IMG/VR virus record: IMGVR_UViG_3300042559_001610
Coordinates: 1 to 59,156 of that record
Reading direction: 5' to 3' (one strand)
DNA: 59,156 nt
Source of the DNA: a virus
Lineage: Duplodnaviria; Caudoviricetes
Under the pieces are notes generated by a model. It had not been told where the DNA came from, searched no databases, and saw nothing but the letters and a program-made list of their open reading frames with translations. This document shows positions 10,539 through 21,772 of this stretch, piece after piece; position 1 is the first letter of the stretch, and every line of letters begins with the position of its first letter. A program made the translations under genes and the position numbers.

Positions 10539-10926
10539 AACTTTCTATTGTTTCGTTGTTGTATGTTATTGTGATTAGTTTGGTTGGGATATTGTTTTTA
10601 TCCATTGTTATTTGTTTCACATCATTGACTGAATGTTGAATAAAAACTTCTTTTCCAGAAGAATACATTCCTTCTAATCTAGCAATTTGAATTTCACATC
10701 GCTCTTCAAAACTCAACTCTCGTTCTTCAATCTTTAATCCCCACCTTTCAAAGAATTCTGTGTCGGTTTTACATTTGTTGATGAATTGTTCTTGCGTATA
10801 AGGTACGGGTATATTCATCTTACCAGCAGGAGTATTAACTTCCATCTGATTCAACCATTTTATGTGGCCTCCTTTTAGATAGTTTTCGTAAGCCTCATCC
10901 AATAGCTCTTGTTGTTCTTTATTCAT
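10531..10926 (-). CDS. MNKEQQELL family paralog
   Basis: Same conserved blocks. Confidence 0.8.
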   Translation of the reverse strand: MNKEQQELLDEAYENYLKGGHIKWLNQMEVNTPAGKMNIPVPYTQEQFINKCKTDTEFFERWGLKIEERELSFEERCEIQIARLEGMYSSGKEVFIQHSVNDVKQITMDKNNIPTKLITITYNNETIESYE

Positions 10927-11260
10927 AACTTTCTATTGTTTTATTAAAATACATTAAATCTTTACCAATAGTTTTTTTGAACATTTTTTCTATATTCGGA
11001 ATGGGATTTGATTTATCCGTTTTACCATTTTTAGCCCACCCATGGTCACAACTAAAATAGTGAATTTCACCATTTTTTTGATAAACATCATAATCATAAT
11101 CTTGCCACGAAATGGTATGTATGTCCTCAAGTTTATCGGGAGTAGAATCCCAAGAAAAGGCTTTTGGTACAATAACCTCTTTTCTAGTATATTTTTTTCC
11201 TCTATACTCTACATAATGAGAGTATTCAATTTTTTTACTTGGATTACGTAATTCATTCAT
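10919..11260 (-). CDS. Hypothetical protein ending in the shared KTIESYE tail
   Basis: Unrelated body, shared 3' junction sequence. Confidence 0.7.
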   Translation of the reverse strand: MNELRNPSKKIEYSHYVEYRGKKYTRKEVIVPKAFSWDSTPDKLEDIHTISWQDYDYDVYQKNGEIHYFSCDHGWAKNGKTDKSNPIPNIEKMFKKTIGKDLMYFNKTIESYE

Positions 11261-11639
11261 AACTTTCTATTTTTTTATCGTTGTATGTTATTGTGATTTG
11301 TTTGGTTGGAATGTTTGATTCATTTAATACTAATTCATCTTCTATAATTAATCTTCCATTTCTATCATAAAAATCTTTCTTATTATCACTCTTACTTACA
11401 AGAATTTTCGTTCTCTCTTCCAAACTCAGCTCTCGTTCCTCAATCTTTAATCCCCACCTTTCAGAGAAGTCAGAATCAGTTTTACATTTGTTGATGAATT
11501 CTTCTTGTGTGAATTTAACCATTGTGGCAAACGGAAGTTCTCCAACTAACTTACCTGCAGTCGTCATCGGGTTTGTTCCCCAACACTTGCAATAATTCTC
11601 ATAAACCTCATCCAATATCTCTTGTTGTTCTTTATTCAT
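11253..11639 (-). CDS. MNKEQQELL family paralog
   Basis: Same conserved blocks. Confidence 0.8.
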   Translation of the reverse strand: MNKEQQEILDEVYENYCKCWGTNPMTTAGKLVGELPFATMVKFTQEEFINKCKTDSDFSERWGLKIEERELSLEERTKILVSKSDNKKDFYDRNGRLIIEDELVLNESNIPTKQITITYNDKKIESYE

Positions 11640-12846
11640 AACTTTCTATTGTTTTATCTGTTGATGATATCGTAATTGGAATATCTAAATATTGTAATGA
11701 CATTTTTGGCTGTACCATAATATCATAGGATAAAACGTTTCCGTCATCATCAAACTTTGGTTTAATATTATAATCTACAATTTCCTGACCAACTAGACTT
11801 TCAATCCAATCTACAAATTTTTCTTTTTTATCCGTTTCTCCGTCCATAGGTTTCATACATTCCCCCGTACAACTATCACCGCAGTTATACATGCATCCTT
11901 TTGTTCCAAAATTCATAATTTTCTATTGTTTTGGTTTAAAACTTTGTAATTCACTAGCAATTGTTTTAGCACTTACATTTTTAACAATTGGAAAAGAAAG
12001 TGAGTCCCAATCAATCGGATGACTCTCAGCTTTTGGAATTATAATAAATTCCTCATTTTTCCATTTATAATCATCAGAACCAATATTCCAAAGACCTGAT
12101 GCGTATTGAGTAGCACGTAATCCAGTTTTGGTAATATATTCGGTATAAAATCCATATACAAAATTATGGCCGCAACCAGTTTCATATAAATTCTCACCAT
12201 TAAAAGAAAAGATTGAAACTTTATCTTCTGTGATTTCTGTTACTAATTTTTTTGTTTCATTCTTTATGTCCTCTTCAGTCACATAAACCAGATGAAATTT
12301 GTTTTGTTCTTTATTCATAACTTTCTATTGTTTTGTTTTTTCAAATAACACCTTCAACTGGTCTCGAAAAACCGTCATTACTAAATCTTCCGCTAAAAGA
12401 TGTCCGATTGGATTAAGCATATCTTCGCAATGCTGACATCCTAAGAAAACATTTTCCTCTAAACCTAGTAAGGTCATTTTTGTTGAAACACCTAATTGAC
12501 CGATTGGATAATGTTCAGATGGTTCTCCTCTTTTCATATCACTCAGAAATTCTACTTCTAAACCTTCATTAACTTGTTTCATTAAATCTACGGCAGAGAT
12601 AATGATAGGACTAATTTCTTTATTCATAACTTTCTATTTTTTAATGGGGTCAATACTTATTGGGAGACCTGATTCTGGGTTTGACAAACACACATTATAC
12701 CATCCTGGGATTAGTCCATAATAAAAATATACTTGTCTAATGGTTACAATTTCTAACCAATACCACCCGCCATCAAATCTTTTAGGGAACCATAAAAACT
12801 TAGTTTTATATCTATAGTCACCATCTTTTGGTCTATTAATTTTCAT
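11632..12846 (-). CDS. Four unrelated hypothetical genes inside the junction-repeat array (11632-11916, 11923-12318, 12325-12627, 12634-12846)
   Basis: Each is bounded by the AATAGAAAGTTATG junction repeat. Confidence 0.7.
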
Positions 12847-13264
12847 AACTTTCTATTTTTTTATCGTTGTATGTTATTGTGATTAGTTTGGTTGGGATGT
12901 TAAGTGAATTGAATCTATCGTGTGATAGTTCTGATACACCTGGTTCCCATTGTCTTTTATACACATTATTTCTTTCTTCCAAACTCAATTCTCGTTCTTC
13001 AATCTTTAATCCCCACCTTTGAGAGAACTCAAAATCGGTTTTACATTTGTTGATAAATTCTTCTTGGTTATATGTTCTATACCCATATGCAAAAGATGGA
13101 TTTGTGAAATGTTCATAATATACATCATACTCAACTAAACATCCATCTAAATACCCCTTAATTTTATCTAACCCTGTTTCAATTCCATTTATAGTATATT
13201 CAAGATATTTCTCATAAGCCTCATCCAATAACTCTTGTTGTTCTTTATTCATTATTATTTCCAT
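12836..13264 (-). CDS. MNKEQQELL family paralog (true start probably 13252)
   Basis: Same conserved blocks. Confidence 0.8.
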   Translation of the reverse strand: MEIIMNKEQQELLDEAYEKYLEYTINGIETGLDKIKGYLDGCLVEYDVYYEHFTNPSFAYGYRTYNQEEFINKCKTDFEFSQRWGLKIEERELSLEERNNVYKRQWEPGVSELSHDRFNSLNIPTKLITITYNDKKIESYEN

Positions 13265-15581
13265 GATTTGGTTGAGGCTAAACCACTATAGTGGCAAATT
13301 GATTCTTCTTTTAGTTCCTTTAATTTTTCTATAATCTCATCAGAAAAATAAACTCCATCACTTTCTATATCTGCAATTGTTTTATGAATCGTTTTGACCT
13401 TAATGGGGGTTGATTTTTTAAATTGTTTAATTATTATTAAAATATTTTTCAATTGCTTCCAATTTATCGTCAGCTTCAACTAGAAGTTGTAAAGCTTCAG
13501 TTGCGTCTTTCAAGAAATCGTTTGCAGTGTGATCCCCTATGCCAACCCCCTGATTTTCTAATAAATCTAACACCATAAGTGCCTTCTCTTTGTCAGCCAT
13601 CGCTTGTGCTTTTAAAGCTGATATTACTTTTGTTTTTCTCATATTCTTTTATTATTTTTATTCAATCGACCAAGTTACCTCCCCAAGTTCAACATTTGAA
13701 TTCATTTCAACCTCCAAGAAATTTAATCCCATCTCTAATCCAATCAAAGTTATAGAATATCCAGAAAAAGTTTCCTCCTCTTGATTTATTCTGCTCTGCT
13801 CTGAAAGGTGGTCCTTTAGAATTTCAGACTGTTCCTCTGTCAGGTTAATTATCAACTTTTTGTTTTTCTCTTTCATTTTATCTTTCATCAATTTAATTTT
13901 ATTTTTCTAATCTCCTCCAATAGAGCTAAACCTACTCTAACATCAGAGTCAAACATTCTGGTTAAATCCCTTTCCAGCTTTACAATTCTTATCATTTCAG
14001 ATTCCAAATTAGCTTTAAATAGGCGAGAAGGAAGCCATTGTTTTGCAAACTCTGCATCGGTTTCTATCCTTTTGGCAAAGCTTCCATACAGAACTGCATT
14101 GTCTGTTGTGTTCTCGATGACATAATTTGTATATGCTAATTTTAATTCTTCTTCGTTAATTTTCATTTTGTTAGGATTTATTTTTTTGCTAGGATTTAAT
14201 TTAGATCCCAGCAAATTTCAGTTAATAACTCGTCTCCTTCTCCAAGTACAACAACTTCTCTTTTGTGCTGATCGTTGAATGATTTTGTTGTTTTGATTTT
14301 CTCGTCATCCCTAGGCATCCACAAGTTGGGTTGATCGTAATGATTAAGTTTAGCTAATCGAACTAGCTCATTATAGTCTTTGTCCTGAAGATGTCCTTTT
14401 AAAGGCATTAGACCCCCGACGCAAGTATTCCAAGTTAGCTTTCTACCGTTATAGGTGATCCAATAATAATCCCATTCATCTTCGCCTATTGCTACCAATC
14501 TTTCGATTTTCCAGCTAGCATTAATTACAAATTGTCCCTTTAGCCTTTCGAATTCTTCTATTATTCCGCCTTTATTATCATTCATGATTGTAAAATTCTT
14601 CTAAGTTTATACCGTCAATCTCTCCAGATGTTCCGATAATGATTGGTTTTCCGGCTGTTTTATCCGATAAAACCGGAAATGCCTGATCCCACATTTGGAC
14701 CAGAACCTCTGGAGGGTATCCCAAAAAAAGTTCGTCTTCTGCGGAAATGTGGTTAGGTCGTCTACCGTTTTTCATCTCTTTTTCTTAGTCCTAATATTCT
14801 CATTTTTTAAACTTGTATGTAATTTGATAACCCCATAATCTCTTCATATGCACATCCATACTCGAAACAAATGCCGTGGATAATTTTTGGATTATCCCCT
14901 GTGTACCTATAAATCTCATATCCGGTTAATTTGGATTTCCCTGCTGGGATTAAATATGGGGAATTTATTCTTTCCGAGGTTAAAAAAGTAACCATCGGGG
15001 ATTCCTTATAAGAAGGGGCTTCGTATATTTTCTCAGGAGGTTTGACCGGAGCTATGACTTCAGAAATGATCTTATGGGGCTTCCTTTCGATAAATGATTC
15101 TTCTACTAAGGGTCTATTAACTAAGGTTTTAACAGCCGATGCAATTTCTTCTATTGCAGGCTGTGGGGATTTCTTAGGTTTTTTCTTTAAAAAGCTCAGC
15201 ATTTTATCTTTTTATTTTCCAGTTGATAAGAAACCAAAGGGTAAACATTCCGGGGATAAGCATCCACCAAATCCATTCTAGATGATTGTGTTGGACACCA
15301 GCCATTTTCTGAGCTAAATAAAATACTGTCGGGATAATCCAAATATGAATTGTTCCTGTTGGGCTAAAATTTTCTCTTTTTTCTATTTTCATTTCTTATT
15401 TTATTTTAGTGGCCCAAACAGAGTCTGGGAAAACTTCGGATCTTAATTTTAGTAGCTCGTCTCTGTGTGCTTGGAATTCGTCACCGTGAGAAGGCTGATG
15501 CCCCTTAATGATTGCTGTAGTCATTTCTAGATCTAGCTTTATGATGCGAGAAGTTTTTTCTTGGTATTCTTGAAAGTCCAT
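13255..15581 (-). CDS. Run of about nine small hypothetical proteins
   Basis: Contiguous or overlapping ORFs; 13888-14214 has a remote AYTNY...ETDAEFAKQW similarity to the MNKEQQ family. Confidence 0.6.
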
Positions 15582-15653
15582 TTTTACTATTAATTATATT
15601 GATTTGATCTAAAATGTTTCTTTAAAAAAATATATAAGGAAAACACAAACACT

Positions 15654-15935
15654 ATGAAAGATATTAGCAAATTCTCCTGGGCAGAAATGACATCCAACGA
15701 GTCAGGTAAGACATCAGCGAGCGGAACAATAGGGGTTATTATTTCCCTTGTTGGAGCTCTTGGGTTTTTACTTGGAATAATTGATAAAATGTTTCTTGAC
15801 GAGTCTGTCGAAATTTTAAATCAATCGATCTTCGTAATTGGGATTGGAGTAGGACTGCTAGGTTTTAGGAAGGGTAAAGATCCAAGGTCAACTGATAAGA
15901 CTGAAGAACCTAAGGAAGAACCTACTGAGGTTTAA
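15654..15935 (+). CDS. Small membrane protein (2 TM, holin-like); the only convincing plus-strand gene
   Basis: Two hydrophobic helices and a charged C-terminus; fills the gap between minus-strand genes. Confidence 0.65.
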   Translation: MKDISKFSWAEMTSNESGKTSASGTIGVIISLVGALGFLLGIIDKMFLDESVEILNQSIFVIGIGVGLLGFRKGKDPRSTDKTEEPKEEPTEV

Positions 15936-16637
15936 AGACTATCTTTTACCTCCTCAACTTTAACCTTGTTAACTGGCCTTGTTCTCCAAACTGTATCGTG
16001 AATTCTAATTTCCTTTGGTGGGGAAGGAAGATAAATTGTGTCCCTTCCACAATTATAGTCCTGAACTATCTCTGAATTTTCTTCATAAGGGGTTACGTAC
16101 CTGTAGATATTTACTGCAATCATTGAGATAAATCCTGCAAGAACAATAATGATGAAAATACCCAAGTAAAGAGAATTTCTAAATCCTGTATTTCTTTGTG
16201 GGGTTTTATTTTTCATTTGTAGTAGTCATTGAATTTAAAATGTTCTTCAGGGATTTTTTAATGTTAGCTGTAATTTCAACTTCAAATTCTTCGCTTCTTC
16301 TTTCTTGCTCCTCGTTGAATTCCCTGTCTACTTTTTCCCAGGATTTGTCGTCCAAGTGGATAGTGTAGCTGTAAACATGATTGATTATATCAGCATTTCT
16401 CTTATGAAGAACCACAGTGATACCAAACTTTTCATTTTTTAGATACCTCTTAGCTGAGATCGGAGCAAGCAGAAGCTCTGTTTCTTTGTCCTTGATTAAT
16501 TTTTTGTGGATGGCCATAAATTCGTGAATGTATTCAGACTTAGGCTCCTCGGGGATTTTAGTTTTTCTGCGGAATTCAATGTAGGACTTTTGAATTGTTC
16601 TCTTTAGAGAATGCATTAGCTTATCTAATATTTCCAT
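15932..16637 (-). CDS. Two hypothetical proteins (15932-16216 with TM helix; 16206-16637)
   Basis: ORF track. Confidence 0.6.
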
Positions 16638-16677
16638 TTATAATATGTTTTATACAGTAATATACGGTTAAGCCCAC

Positions 16678-16714
16678 AAAAAACCCCGAAATATTTAAAA
16701 ATATTTCGGGGTTT
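16678..16714 (-). terminator. Intrinsic terminator
   Basis: aaaccccgaaatattt/aaatatttcggggttt inverted repeat with a T-run on the minus strand. Confidence 0.8.
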
Positions 16715-16738
16715 AAGCTTTGCCTTTTACCAGTTTAT

Positions 16739-17611
16739 TTAGTTATTTTCGGTTCCGCAATTAGGGCAGAACTTCCAGGTGGTTTTTTTCATTCTAGATC
16801 CACATCCTGTACAGTAAGATCTAATTTCCTGTGTTTCCACAGGTTTTTGGGATAGAGGAATAATCTGAACCTCTGAGGTGTAAGCAGCCCAAGAGTAGAA
16901 ATCACCGTAGCCATTTTTAAACTCTTGATCGGATTTACCACCTTTCTCTACTCTTCCAGTTTCGAATGAACTGTCCAGGGATAGAGTTTTAACGTTGGAT
17001 TCCATTCCGGTTGAACAATAAAAAGAGTTAGCTGTATTTGATGTAAACGTTGAATTTGATAAATTCGCAGTATCAAAAGTTACAGTGGTAGATGAACCTG
17101 AATTTGATGTTGTTAGTTTCCCAGCGAGATTAGAAGACCCTGTACTTATTGTTCCATTATACAGGTTCCAGTTAGGAGTTCCTGAATTGTACCAGTAGTT
17201 TGGAGGGGTGTATGTTCCGTTCCATTGGTTTAATTTAACCTCAACTTCTGCAAAGAATTCAACTTCTAGCAGCCCATTTTTTTCTGTGGCCTTCTGATTA
17301 GTTTTGGTGTTCTCAACTTCGTAGGTTTGAAAGGCTAACTTTCTGTCTTCGTCAATAAATCTGTCTAAGAAATATCTTTGACCTGGATTAAGGATTAAGC
17401 CTCGGTCACTCTGGTACTTTCCGTTGATTTTGAATTTTACCAGATACCTATTTGAAGTTGGATTATAGAGTTCAATTTCAAACTCTTGTCCATCTTTAAG
17501 ATAGATTTTGGAAGGGGTAGAACCCTTGCCGTCATAAATTTTTTGCCTGTTTCTCTTGATGGCAACCCAAGCTTGTGGGGTGTCGTTTGACCCCGATTTT
17601 GTTGTTTTCAT
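16739..17611 (-). CDS. Hypothetical protein with C-terminal zinc ribbon
   Basis: CTGCG...WKFCPNCG. Confidence 0.75.
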   Translation of the reverse strand: MKTTKSGSNDTPQAWVAIKRNRQKIYDGKGSTPSKIYLKDGQEFEIELYNPTSNRYLVKFKINGKYQSDRGLILNPGQRYFLDRFIDEDRKLAFQTYEVENTKTNQKATEKNGLLEVEFFAEVEVKLNQWNGTYTPPNYWYNSGTPNWNLYNGTISTGSSNLAGKLTTSNSGSSTTVTFDTANLSNSTFTSNTANSFYCSTGMESNVKTLSLDSSFETGRVEKGGKSDQEFKNGYGDFYSWAAYTSEVQIIPLSQKPVETQEIRSYCTGCGSRMKKTTWKFCPNCGTENN

Positions 17612-17753
17612 TTTACTTTACCTTTGTTATTTTTATTTTAAAATCCCCTCATGACCCCTAATCGATCATTCAAAAGCCATTTCTGACTCGGGACGTCAAA
17701 CGGTAAAAGGCACCGCTTAATTTTTTTATATTTAAGAACTAAAAAAGTTTCAT

Positions 17754-18149
17754 TTAAACCACGATTTTATCGCTGGTTGTCATGAAATCTTTTTTTCTCA
17801 TGATTGTCTTTAGAACCAGATCAAGTCCTCCTCTTCTGTCATACTCAATGACAAATGGAGTATTTAGATCTGTTCTCATGTCCTGAATTACTGCTTCTGC
17901 ATCAGGAGGCATTTCTGAAATCTTCTTGCCTGCTTTTTCATAGGACCTTTTAAAAAGCCCTATAAGCTCCGCTGCGCTAACTTCTTTCTTGTTCCTTGGA
18001 TCATTTAGTCTTTCCCTAAAATGTTTACTAAACTCAACGTCAAGTCCCAATTTTTTGAATAATTTATCAGCATACTCCTCCACTTTATTCATTTGGTCCA
18101 AAGTAATGTTTTCGTTGAGTGTTTCCCACTCTTTCCAGTTGTAGACCAT
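17754..18149 (-). CDS. Hypothetical phage protein (HF.ERL..RN motif)
   Basis: 131 aa ORF. Confidence 0.65.
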   Translation of the reverse strand: MVYNWKEWETLNENITLDQMNKVEEYADKLFKKLGLDVEFSKHFRERLNDPRNKKEVSAAELIGLFKRSYEKAGKKISEMPPDAEAVIQDMRTDLNTPFVIEYDRRGGLDLVLKTIMRKKDFMTTSDKIVV

Positions 18150-19060
18150 TATGCTGTTTTCGTGTCGTCTATTTTGAATTGATTAGAAGCTGCTACTGCT
18201 TTACTGTAAGTCTCTCTAAAAAATCCTTTAGTAATGTCAGCTCCCGGTCCTGCATTGACATTCACAACTGCTTTTAAGGCTGTATCAAAATCTTTAAAAT
18301 CGTTAGGACCTTTATTTCCATATTTTCTTTGGATAGTAGGATTCAATAATCCCATTAGAAAGAAAAGAGCATTTACCTCTGCAGCAACTTCTTTATTCGT
18401 ATTCAGAAGAGTTGGATTAGCAATTATATCAGCGTTAACCCCGTTCTTCTTAAGAAGTTCGTTATATTTTTGATAATTCCCTCTCCCTGTAATTCCATTA
18501 AATCCTCTTCCAACATATTTGGCTCCGTCTCCTGGTTGTGTGTTTCCTAGATTTTTCCTTCCCCATTCTCCTCCATAAACTTTTTCCCAAAAAGCATCAT
18601 CGTCTTGCTTCACCTTGTTTATTTCTTCATCGGACATTCCTGAAAATCTTTTTCCAAAAACCTCTCTAATTCTTGCGGGTGAAGTTCCTTTGTAGGTAGT
18701 TTCTTTAAATTTTTCAAATCCAGATTCTTTTCCTATTGTTGATAAAATTGCTTTCTGAACAATAGGATTTGTTATCTGGTATTTATTGAGATATTTGATA
18801 ACAAGATCTACCATTTCTTTCTTTGATCCAGAGAAGCTAGATTTAACCTCCCCACTTTCTGTTGATCCTGGATTAGCCTGGCTAGCTTGAGGAGATTGAG
18901 GAGTACCTTCTCCTTCAGATCCCTCTTCATTTTCTTCGGGTTTTTTTGCCCCCAGATCTATCCCTGTTAAACTCTTTAATTTACTAGTGTAGGCATCAAA
19001 TTGCTTTGTAAGATCTGCAGCTGCGTCTTCAAGTAGAAAATCTTTATAACTTTTAATCAT
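18149..19060 (-). CDS. GH19-like lysozyme/chitinase-fold muralytic enzyme
   Basis: KESG.....E, LGNTQPGDGAKYVGRGFNGITGRGNY. Confidence 0.8.
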   Translation of the reverse strand: MIKSYKDFLLEDAAADLTKQFDAYTSKLKSLTGIDLGAKKPEENEEGSEGEGTPQSPQASQANPGSTESGEVKSSFSGSKKEMVDLVIKYLNKYQITNPIVQKAILSTIGKESGFEKFKETTYKGTSPARIREVFGKRFSGMSDEEINKVKQDDDAFWEKVYGGEWGRKNLGNTQPGDGAKYVGRGFNGITGRGNYQKYNELLKKNGVNADIIANPTLLNTNKEVAAEVNALFFLMGLLNPTIQRKYGNKGPNDFKDFDTALKAVVNVNAGPGADITKGFFRETYSKAVAASNQFKIDDTKTA

Positions 19061-19085
19061 CTTTTGGTTTTATTTAGTCTATATA

Positions 19086-19883
19086 TCAATTCCATCCTTC
19101 CAAAGAGGAATAATAAGTTTCATCATCCACAAATCTGTACTTGAAAGAATGCTCTCTTATTCTCACAGCTACGTCTAGTTCTTTACCTTTGTGATCCGAG
19201 AATGAAGTAATTTCTCTAGAGATCATTGGCCAAACTGTATAGTTTTTAATTGGAACGGTATTTGAAGTTAAGAAATGGTCAAAATCTCTCTTGAAAGGAT
19301 TTCCCTCTCTGGATTTTTCGTGATCTTTTATTTTCTGAAGGATAGTCTTTCTATAAACACCAAAGTTGGCCGTTGAAGCTCTATCTGTGGGTCTTGCTAT
19401 GCTGTCGGTGAGAATTTCCATCAGACCAAAGAAATAATGGTTTCCTATGAGGACGTCCCAATCGTCCGGAAGATCCTTCCAGGCTTCTCTTAACTTTTCA
19501 ATTCCTCCTTTAGCTAAATATGCATCGTCCTCCATTATAATAATGGATTCATCTTCAGAAAATCCAAATTCCATACAAGTCACAAAGCTTTGGAAGATTG
19601 CATCTACTACATCAGACCCAGGACGAAACTCTGGGGTTACTGCTTCCCATCTTTGGACATCAAATGTTTGATATAGTTCAGAATTGTTTTCCTTAAATTT
19701 TTCCATCCGGTCTTCTCTTTCAGACCTATTGATAACAAAAACTTTAGTTGGAAATGAGCATTTATTTTTTGGCCCTAAGTTGACTTGGCCTCTGAGATCA
19801 ACGATAGACTTTTCGTCCTCGATTTTGTTTTTTAAAGATTTTAATCTAAATCCTCCGAAGGAGGATCCTAATGGGTTGTTCAT
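19086..19883 (-). CDS. Glycosyltransferase family 25-like
   Basis: VFVINRSEREDR, IIIMEDDA, LPDDWDVL. Confidence 0.75.
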   Translation of the reverse strand: MNNPLGSSFGGFRLKSLKNKIEDEKSIVDLRGQVNLGPKNKCSFPTKVFVINRSEREDRMEKFKENNSELYQTFDVQRWEAVTPEFRPGSDVVDAIFQSFVTCMEFGFSEDESIIIMEDDAYLAKGGIEKLREAWKDLPDDWDVLIGNHYFFGLMEILTDSIARPTDRASTANFGVYRKTILQKIKDHEKSREGNPFKRDFDHFLTSNTVPIKNYTVWPMISREITSFSDHKGKELDVAVRIREHSFKYRFVDDETYYSSLEGWN

Positions 19884-19890
19884 AAGCTAT

Positions 19891-20343
19891 TTAATTCCAC
19901 TCGTCATTCCACTCATCCCATTCATTTTCCCAGTAATTTCCGTCGTCCCAAGACTTATCCTCTTCAATGTCCTCAAGATCCCAAGAATAGTCTTCTCTGA
20001 CCCATTTTACAGGAGCATTAGAAAATTCCTCAGCATAGCTAAAATAGCTTCCTGTGGTAAACCCTCCGACTTTGGATTCTACTGATTTAATAAACGAAAG
20101 AACATCTTCTGGCGAGTCTTCATTTATAGCACCATCTTCAATATAAATTTCAATTTTTCCCTCTCTTGTTAGTTGAGAGGTTTCTGAGATAACTGTGGAG
20201 ATAGAAAAATCCTCTCCAATTTCCAGAATTTTTTCTTTTAATTTCTCTAAGCGCTCCGGGGTAAATTTACCTTTCGAGGTGAGATCTAAATTAAAAAGTA
20301 TTTTCTTTTGCATGGAAATTTTTTTATTTCCACTATATAACAA
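19891..20343 (-). CDS. Hypothetical protein with acidic/Trp-rich C-terminus
   Basis: ORF track. Confidence 0.6.
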   Translation of the reverse strand: MLYSGNKKISMQKKILFNLDLTSKGKFTPERLEKLKEKILEIGEDFSISTVISETSQLTREGKIEIYIEDGAINEDSPEDVLSFIKSVESKVGGFTTGSYFSYAEEFSNAPVKWVREDYSWDLEDIEEDKSWDDGNYWENEWDEWNDEWN

Positions 20344-20735
20344 ATTAGAAACGTTAAAAAATTAACTTTCTGAAAAAACTCTGCCTTTTCTATTAGAATT
20401 TTTAACGAATTCTCTTCTCAGTAAAACTAATTCTTCTTCTAGTCTTAGAATTTCTGATTGATTTTTTTCTTCCTTTGCAGATTTTAGCTTTTCGAAAGCT
20501 TCGTAAATAAGATCCATTGTGTCTGCCATAATAGTCTTAAATTCCGATGTGAATTTCCTCCCCTTCTTCTGTAAAGAAGGTGTTCTTAAATAGATTTCTT
20601 CTCTTTCTCTTTACAGAGAATTTAAAAATTAAAAATGATCCGACCGAAATTATTCCAGCCGAAACAAGAATCGAAGAAAAGATTAACCAATGGGACATTT
20701 AAATAAGGATTTGAATTGTCCTATATATCTAAATT

Positions 20736-21772
20736 TTATTTGGTTTTTAGTGAATTTATGACCTGATTTACTTTAATTTCCTTTTCTACTTGATCAAAAA
20801 ATTCCGAGACAAATTTGCACTTCTCAAATTCTTCGGTTGACTCATAATAAGAGATTAAAGATTTCTTTATCACGTCCCTCTTTTCTAAAAGATGAGGAAT
20901 CATAATAGATTTAACCCCGAACTTTTCCATTCTGTCAAGGGCATTCTCGTAGATCACTCTTTCTATTGCTGCTTTTCCTTCGCTCATTTTTTCTTCTTTT
21001 TGGACAATTTAGAAAGTATTCCAGGTTCATTATCCTTCAAAATGTGTAAAATATCAGAGCACTTTTCGTATTCCTCAAATTCTTCTAGAATATGAAGACA
21101 CTCTTCGCTTTCTTCCAAAACACTACTATCCAATCCATATTTCACTATGTCGGAGTAGATGTTCAAAGCCCAATTAAGCTGCGATATATTTTCTTCCTGT
21201 TCCAATTGTACAGTTTATATATTCTCAGCTCAAAAAAGATTATCCCATTAAGAAGGACAGAGAATCTGCAGGTAAAAATCTAGTCTGACCGTTACCCCCT
21301 GGTTCTGTATTTTCGCACTCTATGTAGTATGCTCCGTCTGTATATCTTCTGTATACAGAAATAACTTTTAAAACTCTTCTGGTAGCATTTTCTCTTAGCA
21401 TGTCTCCACTTTGTACCCTCATGGTACCGGAAGGGCTATTTAAATAGACTGAAGCAACCAGTCCTAATTCTTTTCTTTCCATTTTTCTAATTTATTTAAT
21501 ATTTTTTTAGCTTCTATGCATTTTTCATATCTCTCCAGTCCTTCAGACCACATCAGAAAATTCTGGAGAAGAATTTCATACTGATCATAAGTAATGATAG
21601 CCGAATATCCCTCTCCTGAATCGTCTTTTTCTGAAATTAGACCATCAAAGATGACTGCAAAATTCTGTTTTTGAATTACTGCTGCTGAGATTTTCTCGTA
21701 GAGAAGAGTCCAAATTTTGTCTCTTTCTTCGAACGGAATTCCGTCATCCTGATATGAATCTGAATTTATCAA
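20736..21772 (-). CDS. Three small UVR-like (E.(Y/F)EKC) proteins plus one hypothetical
   Basis: EEFEKC, EEYEKC and ERYEKC in 20736-20987, 20984-21205 and 21464-21772. Confidence 0.55.

Larger units (their letters stand above)
10157..12857 (-). repeat. Nine copies of the gene-junction repeat AATAGAAAGTTATG
   Basis: + strand cataactttctatt at 10157, 10536, 10924, 11258, 11637, 11914 (1 mismatch), 12316, 12625, 12844. Confidence 0.9.

Noticed and set aside
10157-12857. Junction repeats as a CRISPR array
   Set aside because: The intervals are whole genes of 200-400 bp, the repeat is non-palindromic and no cas genes are present.
14578-14775. Terminase-like fragment (FPVLS...GKPIIIGTSG)
   Set aside because: Only a short motif resemblance in a 65-aa ORF, too weak to call.
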